DNA of 64,000 nucleotides from the sequence record NC_071039.1; one strand, 5' to 3'. Position 1 is the first letter of the stretch; each line of letters begins with the position of its first letter. Shown here one piece after another: positions 53,616 to 64,000 of the stretch. The notes under the pieces were generated by a model. The model made no database searches and was not told the origin of the DNA. It saw only the letters and a program-made list of their open reading frames with translations. A program made the translations under genes and the position numbers.

Positions 53616-53837
53616 ATGTCAACAACGCCTAGGGGAAAGAAAACTAAAATAACATGCAATAATATAGAATGTAATAATGTATTCGAAGTAAGAATTGCCG
53701 ATGTTAAAAGAGGTTGGGGACTATATTGTTCTAAGTCTTGTAAACAAACTGCACAAGAGCAACAGCGGCAAATGATAAAAAAATTATCCGGAGAACATTT
53801 GTTACCGAAGAATAAACGAAGAAAAAAGTATTGGTAA
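53616..53837 (+). CDS. small Zn-binding protein
   Basis: CNNIEC...KRGWGLYCSKSCK. Confidence 0.7.
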   Translation: MSTTPRGKKTKITCNNIECNNVFEVRIADVKRGWGLYCSKSCKQTAQEQQRQMIKKLSGEHLLPKNKRRKKYW

Positions 53838-54301
53838 GAGGTATAGTATGAGTTTAATACTAAACTATTCAATTTGTGCAAATACTACAACCATAACTTT
53901 TTATATTTTCGGATTAAACATTAAAAAGGCATGGGTATACGTTACAAAGTCAGATAAGTATGGTAGGTATTTGTACGTATCTCAAGACGGATGTATGGGT
54001 GTCTTTCCTGAATGGCAAATATAATTAAAATGAAACCGGTATTGTACTATGTAGGTGATAATCCCAAAGGGGCATTTTTGTGCGAAATTTATGGCAAGGA
54101 ATACCCATTTATTAATAATGAAACTAGATTTATTAAAGTTAATTCTATTTTTTATATATCTTTTATATCTGCTAAGTATACATATATAAAATTTCTAGTT
54201 AGATATAGATTTGTTACATGGAGGTTATACGACACTGATATTTATATTTCCTTTAGTAGAGCTATGACATCCGTTGAGCGGGAAATTAATAAAATAAGAG
54301 G

Positions 54302-54444
54302 AGTTTAAAAAATGCGTTATTTTGCACGTTTGCATTATGCTATACGCAAGTTTGCAATAACGTGCAAACGCATGTATAACGCTAATACAGCTAGCAATAC
54401 AGTGCATAAAAACATGTACAGCATACTAGCGTTACAACGCATAT
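54302..54444. repeat. GA/TC/GG/CC-free island E
   Basis: 143 nt with none of the four dinucleotides; shares TGCAAAATAACGCAT (reverse strand) with island C. Confidence 0.8.
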
Positions 54445-54606
54445 CGTTGAACCATAAATGTATATATGTCTGGAGCAATATAGTATTCTTGACAGTTACT
54501 ATCGATACCTTAATTACATATCACATATATAGAAAAAGTTTGAGAACTGGTTTAGAGTCGTGTAATTTTTCTTATGTACACGAATTAGTTTAGAAGGATA
54601 TTAGGT

Positions 54607-55218
54607 TTGATTAAGTTAGTAAAACCCATTGCATATTATGGACAGAAATTTGGTATCGCTGTTTCGGGCGGTATTGATTCTATGGTTGCATTGTCCTTCT
54701 TAAAGAAATATCCACAAAATAACTTCGATGTCTTTCATGTAAACCACGGATCGGAGTATGATATCAAAGCAGAGCAATTTGTGAGAGATTATTGTAGCGA
54801 CAATAAAATAAATTGCCATGTATATTGCATTAACACAAAAAAACCAAAAGGTTGCAGTTGGGAAGAACATTGGCGAAACGAACGATATAAATTTCTGCAC
54901 TCTCATGAATTAGAAATCATGACTGCACATACACTAGACGACAACGTAGAGACGTGGTTGTTTTATAGTATGCACGGTTCGCCTCGTATCATTCCGTATC
55001 GGAAAAAAAATGTCATCCGACCGTTTATGCTTACTACAAAAAACGAATTTAAAAAATATGCGAAAAGTAATGGTGTACAATGGTTAGAAGATCCTAGTAA
55101 CCGAGACACCAATTTTAATAGAAATCAAATTCGACATAATATAATTCCTCAAGCACTTAAAGTAAATCCAGGATTGTTTAAAGTGATTGCAAAAAAAGTA
55201 AGAGAAGAGAATGAATAA
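54607..55218 (+). CDS. tilS: tRNA(Ile2)-lysidine synthetase, catalytic domain only
   Basis: PP-loop AVSGGIDS, HVNHG, RNERY, TAHTLDDNVET, IRPF, EDPSN.D..F.RN.IRH; 203 aa; TTG start. Confidence 0.9.
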   Translation: MIKLVKPIAYYGQKFGIAVSGGIDSMVALSFLKKYPQNNFDVFHVNHGSEYDIKAEQFVRDYCSDNKINCHVYCINTKKPKGCSWEEHWRNERYKFLHSHELEIMTAHTLDDNVETWLFYSMHGSPRIIPYRKKNVIRPFMLTTKNEFKKYAKSNGVQWLEDPSNRDTNFNRNQIRHNIIPQALKVNPGLFKVIAKKVREENE

Positions 55219-55326
55219 ACGTTTACTTCTAACAATGTTTGTTATTTCTATTCAAGCGAGGAATTATCATATAATACCATATGCCGGTATTAAAAATAAA
55301 CTTGTGTTTATTTTATCTAGTAGCAA

Positions 55327-57414
55327 ATGAATACTATAATAACGCTAAGTGCTTTGCAGGAAACAATACAAAGAGACGAATGGTCAGACCGCTATCATTT
55401 TGTTATTAAAGATAGGTATGGTAGTGATATATTGTATTGTATAGAATACGAAAATTCATTACAGTCGTGGTTTATAGACTATACATATAACAATAGTTTG
55501 ATATACTTAGATATATTTAAAATTCAACTATTAACACAAAAAATATCATCTTATACTAGTAACAGAACAGTAGTAATATTATCGGACAGTATCTCGAATG
55601 TAATTTTATATTACGAAATAGCAAATGATAGTATTAGTAGTAAAAATTATTCATCCGAAATAGTATTAGCATAAATGAATGTATTTTAGCATAAGACCAT
55701 AACGCACCATTTGCATTTAAATTCCAAACTAAAAATGTAACTTCTTTATGTATATTCTTATTATTGCAATTCTAGTAAAATCTGTACAACTATTGCTGAG
55801 TTAGATGTACAGGACAAAGAACCGCAAAATGCTTGACTATCCATTCGTGTTGGGTTAATTTAACAAAATTATATAAGGTATTTTAAGTGTTTATCATTAA
55901 ATTACAAAGCAATTGTGACAAAATAGAAATAGATAACTCAAAATACAATTACGGGTTTTTTATTGTTAACTCAGAAAACATGAAAGTATTCCATTACAGT
56001 AACAAAGAATCGTCTTTGTATTCTATGTTTGCAAAAAATCTACATATCAATGTATTTTTGGTGTCTACCTTGTGTTGTATTATATGTTTCGACTATCCTA
56101 CTTTATACTTAGAAATGGAATCAAACCGTGCAGTAGCATTAGGTATAAATCCATGTTTCTTAAATATAGATATACAAGGTTCTCGGTTCCATAATTGGGA
56201 TCCGGTGTGTTTTGTATAAACATGTGATATAATTTGTGTTTAGTTATTTCTTAAATAAGGTATTGAAATGAAGGAAAACAATATACTAGAAATGCAAGCA
56301 GGATGCTCAAACGTAACTGTTATAGGTAACAGTGTTATAAGTATAGAAGGATTATATGACAAACCAACAAAAACATTAAACTTCTTTGTAAGATATAATT
56401 TAAACCATGATTCAGAGTACTTATCATACATTTACACATTTAAAAATGATATATGTGTACTGTCTTTATCTAGTAAATGTTTTATGATTAAAATGGCCTC
56501 AGAGATGTACTATAAAACCAGATCTGTATGTATTATTAATAATAAAGGAAACGGATTGTTATATAGTTACAAAAATCACACATGGGCTCGGACATGCATT
56601 CTAATATAGAAAAAATTTATTATATTTCTAAAAATACACGAAGTATAAAGGTAATGGACCATACAATTACTATATGGTCGTTATATATTTCACCTAATAT
56701 TACTATAATTTTATGGGCAACTAATTTAACTACAGGATTATGTACCTTAAAATATAAAAATGAATTCAAAATAGATTTATTTAAATTAGTCAATACAGTG
56801 TATTCTATAAAAAACAGATATAGAAACAGTACATATGTATTAGATGATATAATGCACAATACTATATGCTCTGTGGGTATATTAAGACCCCGTATTGCAG
56901 ATGAAGTATATTGCAGATATAGAATATCGTATGTTAGCTAGCATTACATATATTGTATCAATTACTGCTAGATGCACATCTATATATGAAGATGCGTATA
57001 GTGATTTCGTTATATTTTGTATAGCAGATGTATTTGGTAGTTATATAATTCAATATATGACAGAACGCAACAATAGGTTTATAGCTGTATATGAATATAC
57101 ATATTCTACAATATGATATGTCTGATTCAAGTATATTATGCAATATAACAAGATATTCGTATACAATAAGACTGAGTAATTATACATCGTTTCATTTTGT
57201 TATATCCGGAATGGGTAGGCCTATAACAAAAGTTGTATCCAGTATACTGTGTACTCCTATTCATATAATAGATGTGTGTAATGTTTCGCATCGTGCAAGA
57301 GATACGATTTTTTCGTACAATGACACCCAATTACGCAGTTCTTTGCATTTGTTTTCTATATCATTTTGGAAGTTAAAAGCATATACTATGATAAACGTAT
57401 CCTACATAATATGA
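55327..57414 (+). CDS. array of small diverged paralogs, first part
   Basis: 55327-55674, 55887-56219, 56268-56609, 56582-56941, 56895-57116, 57091-57414; hydrophobic-[QS]xx[TC]xx-hydrophobic motif in most. Confidence 0.5.
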
Positions 57415-57905
57415 TATTTCAAAAACCATTTATAGAATTAAATAGTATCCCAGATTACACTCATCCGGGCGGATTTGCATACCAACGAAAAAATCATATA
57501 CACGAAGGCGTAGACCTTTATTGTAAAAATAAAGAACCTGTGTTTACAATGTTATCGGGTAAAGTAGTTAATATAATAAAAGATTTTACAGGACCGGGCT
57601 GCGGAACACCTTGGTGGAATAAAACAAGTGCAATAGTAATAGAAGACGTATTCGGTGTATGGGTATACGGCGAAATATTAGTAGGAAATTGGGTTAACAT
57701 AGGAGATACTGTACCAGCTGGAACATGTATCGGCAGAGTAGAACAAGTGTTAAAAAAGAACAAAGGACGTCCTATGTCTATGCTTCACGTAGAACGATAT
57801 ACAAAAGGAACTACAAATTCTATTGGATTATGGCAATTAAATACTAGCAGACCTGAAAATTTATTAGATCCAACACCTTTGTTACGGCGTATCATAAATG
57901 AATAA
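57366..57905 (+). CDS. M23-family (LytM-like) metallopeptidase
   Basis: HIHEGVDLY (HxxxD), V..GD.V..G..IG.V, LHVE; start probably at 57411. Confidence 0.75.
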   Translation: MEVKSIYYDKRILHNMIFQKPFIELNSIPDYTHPGGFAYQRKNHIHEGVDLYCKNKEPVFTMLSGKVVNIIKDFTGPGCGTPWWNKTSAIVIEDVFGVWVYGEILVGNWVNIGDTVPAGTCIGRVEQVLKKNKGRPMSMLHVERYTKGTTNSIGLWQLNTSRPENLLDPTPLLRRIINE

Positions 57906-60900
57906 TATATTATATATTCAGAATTTTATAAGAAGTAGAAAATTAGTAGCAGAATACGGATGTATAGTTACCATTAATGATATTACAGGAGCTAGAGAAT
58001 TTACAGCATATCATCTCAATAACTGGCATAATTGTTCATTTATATCCTATAATAATTGCAGTATAGATATTATTGCATTATGTAACCATACACACACGAT
58101 AGCATATGGAGCAGATAATGCAAGTTTTATAATAAAAAATAATAACAGAAATATACTACTGTCAGTAGTTGGTACGAATATGACATATTCGTCTTGTTAT
58201 TCATCTTCTGTAATTATAAATATTTCTGTTTTATTATAAAATGAATTTAATATTTTGTATAGCTAGCATTGATAATATACAAATAGGTATAGACCGGTCA
58301 ATCGGACATATAAACAATATAATATATATTCGAACTAGCCCTTCTAATGATATAATCAAATATATAACAGAAATAAAATATGGTAAAACAGTATCACTTA
58401 TGTTAAATCTCGATATATCAGTATTTAAAGAATTATTTATTTTTATTTTGTCATGTAACTGTAAACACATTACTGAACTAAGAATATACAATAAAGTAGT
58501 ATTTTATTTTTATTCTGATAACAGAAGATCTTTAACAGATTTGTTATATTACATAGGTCAGTGACAGTACATTTACAGAAAAATATAATATCTTATGTAT
58601 TATTCATTATAAAACTCTGTTGTGTTATTAAGTGTTGTATGTTAGCGTACAAGTTAATTAAATGCGGAACACTAAATGGATATTATTCTTTTTATATCAA
58701 ATAATACATACTATATAGCATCAACGAGTAATAGCACATTCTTATTATACAGATTTGATCAAAAATGTATCTATATTGTAACAAAAAATCTTAATTCACA
58801 TCCGGTAGTGATAGACGACGGAAGTAATGGCTGGGGGACAATATATGAGATTCCCGCACTAGTTCAGTTTTACACAGATATTTTTAAATTTTCTGTGCAT
58901 CACGAGTTAATTCAAATATATGTGCTCACAAAAGTAGGTCAATTTTTCTCTAAGATTGTTGCTTACTAATATAATTGTACAATACATAGGTAATTTGATG
59001 GACAATATATTTTATATTTCGTACGAGATAGCTGTCCAGTGTTCTAATATAACTACATTTTATTTAATTAATAAACACAATAGAGTATTTTATGCAATAC
59101 GTTCAGCCGCAGGACACCCAATCGACATTTTCGATTTTGATTGGAAACAAAAAATCTTACTAACGTCTAAGTATTGTAATAAGCTTTTATTTATTATTGG
59201 TAGAGAAAAGATACAGGTAACTACTACTAAGTTAAAGATATTTTATTGTCTTAGTAACGTATCTGCTAAATCGTATCAAGTTACACTATGAATATCATAC
59301 CATTAATTTTAATTAGTGTATACTAGTTATTGTGACACTATTAAATATGTCAATTAGATAAAATAAATTATTAATGAAAAATCTATTTCCTACCGGATGC
59401 ATATTTAATATATTGGTATTATCTTATCACACATATGCAATATATATTGTATGTTACTCAGATTGTCGTGTTATTGCACTAAACAGTTATTATACATACT
59501 ATATACCTTTAAATGACTAAATTAATACTTACAATTTCTATTAATACCAAAAAGATATTATTATTAAATGATGTCGTGCATTTTCGAAATTATAATAAAG
59601 CGGTATACTTTATAAATTTTTTATCTAAAACTAAGTCATTAATTATTGTAGACGAGTTAATAACAGATAGTTTTATTATCTTTTATATAAGTAACAATTG
59701 TTCCGAAATTTATGTCACCCCCAGATATGCTTTTATATGTAATTTCAATGGGGTTGGGTTTTTAGATCATGACTAGTTGTGTTAATTAGGATAACTATAC
59801 TTAATGAAATATGATTTTATATTACATATAAGTAATAACACAAATTGTATTATATTCGACACAAGTATTACCTTTGTTGGCAATAAAGGTATATTCTTTT
59901 ATAAAATAATACCAATACACTTGCATGGTATGTATAATTTTCCTTATATAGATGACAGTTGGTTAAATTATATTTCATTACCTATAATTATACAATATTA
60001 TACAAATAAACTGGTATATTTACCGTCTATTATATTTTTTCGTCAAAATAAATCTAATATATCAGCAGATGCTGTATTTCGTACAAATATGTTATGAACG
60101 ATGAATTAATACTATTGTTAAGTAAAGAGACTTATATAACTTCATTTTCTCATAACTGTGTAGACTTGTTCAACGCTGCTGGAATCATATTTTATAGCAT
60201 ATCTATACCATACATGGGTTCCCGTGCTGCTAGCAGAATACATCATTTATATTTGTGTGCGTTTACACTATCTCCTTTTATAATACAATCGTTTTGCCGT
60301 GTAATATTCGATAATAAGTATACAATTTGTATAGCATATAACGGTACACTTATATGGAAAGGTCTTTACCAATAACTTTTTCAGTTGCTATAACATGCAC
60401 AATGTGCAATAATAAAAAACAATGTGCAGTTGTGAATAAAATATATGAATATTATCATTAACATTCAAGCATCAACATCCGAAATCTTCTTTGACACGGA
60501 CTGTATCACGTTAATAACGAGTTTAGGCGGTCATGTCCTTTCGATAAACCGAAGAACAGGAAAAGGCGCAGTTGTACTTCATAACATAAAGTTAGATTCC
60601 ATCTATCGTATTCTACTATTACAGCACGCAACTGCATCACTTGTTGTATGGGGTGCTATAGACATTAAAGTATCATTTAAAGATATAGACGATGAATACA
60701 TTTTCCTTGCTATAGGAAGAATACATTATCACGGCAAATGGATAAAATAATTCTGACTATGCATAAAATTTATTATGACGAAATTTTAGAAATATCTAAT
60801 AAAGCTAGATTAATTGTAATTTATTCTGGCATATGTTCTATATACGCAAAACCTTCTGTTTATTATAATGTAAATTATAACTTTTATAGTAATCCATTTG

Positions 60901-63644
60901 GTTTGTGGAATAGGGCAGTATTTATAGCATCTAAACAATGCGGGTACATAGCATTCACTGATAACCGGGTGCGTATATTAACTGATAAAAAAATAATGTG
61001 GTATTATCATTATCTATAAGGTATAGATCGAAAAATGGTATATAAAATACCGAACGACAAGTGTATGTTGTTAATATTTCTGAGTAGTATAGCTGATACT
61101 ATATCTATAGAAATCAGTTTTAGAAAAAGAATTAGAAAATGTTTGTACACACTAAAAATATACAAAGGTGATAACATTTGCATATTTATAAATGGCGTAC
61201 TATTATTTAAAAAAGTTATATGTAACGATATGATAATTCCTATATTGATACAATCAGTCACAAGATCAATAGCAATGCATAACGACTTCTTAGAAGTATT
61301 TTCTAACAAATATTATTTGACGTTATTTAGAAAACTGACATAGTCTTAAATGGGCAAAAATGCATGATTGTTATACTTCTTTCACACTTTACACGTGAAC
61401 TAAATGCAGAATTTAATGAATTAAAACTTACTGTACATGGTAAAAGATTAGCGCAAATATATCCGACAGCATACATAGATACTAACGTCTTATGCCATTA
61501 TATGCGTGAACTTGATTTCTTACTATTATACATTTCTAACAATGCAAAAACGATACAATTAGACTATTCACACAGAATAATATTATATCACTCTCCCATA
61601 CCGCACTATATTTAAAGAGATAAGTATGTGAACTATCATTTAAATAGTTGCTGTACAGAAACTACATTATTAAACTCTTTTTTAATAAGCAAGTTAATGT
61701 CTATCTAAACACTATGTGCAACCTACCATTTATTATATCAAATAATTCCTACACACTAACCTATGGACCAGGTAGAACGATGACAGGAGCAGGCATATAC
61801 ATTGCTAATATATACGGATTTGTGTTTCTATACTCAGTTGTTACTATTTCTAATTTTCAAATATGTTTTAGTATGCTTAACGAAATAGATCCTTTGTATT
61901 TGCAATACGAATGCGATTCAATAAAAACAATAAACACAAAAATGTATTATAGACTAAATGTCAATTCATTACTTAATACAATGTTATGTAAAGAATATTA
62001 TGAATTTAATACTTGAATTATTAAGAAACACTAGTAAAATCATACCGCTTGATGGTCTAAATGCTGCTAGATTTATTCTTGTAAATACCCATTATATAAA
62101 AATAGCATCTTTTTGTTTATCATTTTCTACATGGACCTGCCAGACATTCTTAAGAATAAACCAGTTTCAAATGTCAGAATCTACGTTAGTTATCATATCT
62201 AATAAAATAAAGAAGATCAAAAGAGTAAAAAAATCATACGCTTTAGTTTTTGACGAATCATATATTCTGTTGAAAATCAAATGATAATACATATCTCACA
62301 TTTAACACATATAATAAGTGTATATTCTAAATATATAATCGTTATTAATAAAACTAACGAAATTATACTTTGTCCCTACACATATAACCGAACTAAAATT
62401 TACATTAATAAATTATTACTAAATATCGATTTAATCTGTTATATTCAATATAAGACAGAAACTATTAGTTATCCCGTTGTAATTACCAATTTTCTATTGT
62501 ATCCATATCTTGTCAACAATACTTTGGTTATATAATTATGGATTTTATTTTCCTACTACAACATAACACTTCTATTATATTATATCGTAATAGTATTATA
62601 GAATTATACACAGAAGACGAAATGCCAGTAATAGACATAGATATAACAAATTCTATGTTCATATATCTAGGTATTTTTAATGACAAAACTGCAATACTCT
62701 ATCTACAACAAAATACACACAGTATACATATAGAATCATCAAATTCTTATTATATGATAAGAATGAGAAATATGTACCATAGAAACGTTTATTATATTAT
62801 AACACATGGATTATATTAAACTTATCTCCGCAGAAGTAAATCAAATTAAAAAATCCACCCATTCCGGCGGCACCCGCCACGGCTTAACACTATATAACGT
62901 ACATGACCAACCTATAATAGAAATAAAGATCCAAAAAATAATATCCCGTGCATATGTGCGTGCGAACTACGATAAGTTGTGTAATGAAACCTGCATTCTT
63001 CATATGCAAAGTCAAACAACTTCAATATCTACCACACGGAACTCACTAGTAATCTTCACTTCCCACTATATAGTTCACTCTATCATATGAACCTAATATA
63101 TACACTACAACATAAAACTAGATATATAACCCAATTTGATACTACTTATCGTTTAATTAACTCAGGTGGAAAAGGTTTTTATCTTATAACACGCAAGAAC
63201 AAAAAGACCATAGTAGACATAGACTATAATGCCTTTAATGATATTTTCGGTATATTACATTTACAGTCTAAAACACATATACTAAAACGTTCATATTACC
63301 TAATAAAAATATATGATGTATATACGGATTTAATATTTTTTTATATACCACCATACCCATAAATGAAATTTATTATAACATTACAATCATACACAACTAC
63401 AATACAGTTTCTAACTAATGATTTTATATTATATTCTGATAGAAATAGATTATTAGAATTAGGTATATACGATAACAAATTCAACTGTTACATACATATC
63501 AATAATTTTAATAATAACAATATAATCTTGTGTTATCTTCAGCATATAATTTATACAATACACATTCATCCCTTTATTTTATCGATGTGTAATAGTAATT
63601 GGTTATCAGTTAATACAAAATGTTATTCAAGAAGACTTTACTAA
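57898..63644 (+). CDS. array of about 19 small diverged paralogs (85-120 aa), including decayed members
   Basis: Tightly packed ORFs with a duplicated motif, e.g. MDFIFLLQHNTSI...ILYLQQNTHSI, MNLIYTLQHKTRY...ILHLQSKTHI, MKFIITLQSYTTTI...CYLQHIIYTI. Confidence 0.6.
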
Positions 63645-63659
63645 AGCAATGAAGATGAA

Positions 63660-64000
63660 TGATAGAAATCACTATAACACTATAACTAATGAGTGATAAT
63701 ACTAATAGACAGAAACTATAGTGTAACAACCAATGAGTGATAATACTAATACTGATAGATATAGCTATAGTGTACAAATAATGAGTGATACTAATAGAAG
63801 CTATAGTATACAAATAATGAGTGAATTATATAGTACATATTTCGGTGAATACTGATATAATACCAATAGATAGTGATACTGATAGATAGAAACTATAGTG
63901 ATACTAATAGATATCAATACTAATACTAATATTGATAGATAGCTATAGTGTACAAATAATGAGTGAAATAGGTAGTACATATTTCGGTGAACCCTAACAT
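63660..64000. repeat. imperfect multi-unit repeat tract running off the window edge
   Basis: AATGAGTGA x5, CTATAGT x5, GCTATAGTGTACAAATAATGAGTGA x2 exact, TAGTACATATTTCGGTGAA x2 exact. Confidence 0.8.

Noticed and set aside
54312-54593. ORFs spanning the dinucleotide-restricted islands (also 42137-42371 and 44511-44765)
   Set aside because: TGA cannot occur where GA is absent, which lengthens ORFs artificially; the products have a skewed A/C/R/N/M composition and no SD.
55327-63644. Diversity-generating retroelement as the source of paralog diversity
   Set aside because: No reverse transcriptase and no TR/VR near-identical pair differing at adenines in this window.
63660-64000. CRISPR array
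   Set aside because: No constant repeat with unique spacers of even length; the modules are shuffled and imperfect.

Overview
This window is an AT-rich (roughly 30% GC) fragment of a large tailed phage, most consistent with a T4-superfamily, Rak2-like jumbo myovirus (inferred from T4-type RNase H, TAAATA late promoters, a Hef-like homing endonuclease and conserved jumbo-phage protein families). It uses the standard genetic code. From left to right it holds: a 7-deazaguanine DNA-modification locus (DpdA/TGT-like transglycosylase, glycosyltransferase, QueD-superfamily DpdL-like protein, truncated epimerase, PRTase, QueE); RNase H; a GC-rich MoxR ATPase and vWA-metallopeptidase pair split by an insertion; a minus-strand block; a 1.8 kb ORF-free interval with a strongly structured ~750 nt putative ncRNA and an AT-rich origin-like tract; AAA ATPases, degenerate oxidoreductases and a cell-wall hydrolase; late genes with capsid-targeting-like leaders; 10 tRNA genes with a minimal TilS; and a large array of diverged small paralogs ending in a repeat tract. 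The main leads are (1) the large structured RNA, (2) five 135-215 nt islands almost free of GA/TC/GG/CC dinucleotides, which may be windows left unmodified by DpdA, (3) a possible glycosylated deazaguanine base, (4) a two-tier codon programme built around phage tRNA-Ile2 and TilS, and (5) the array of more than 25 paralogs. All functional calls come from reading motifs by eye; no database search was run.
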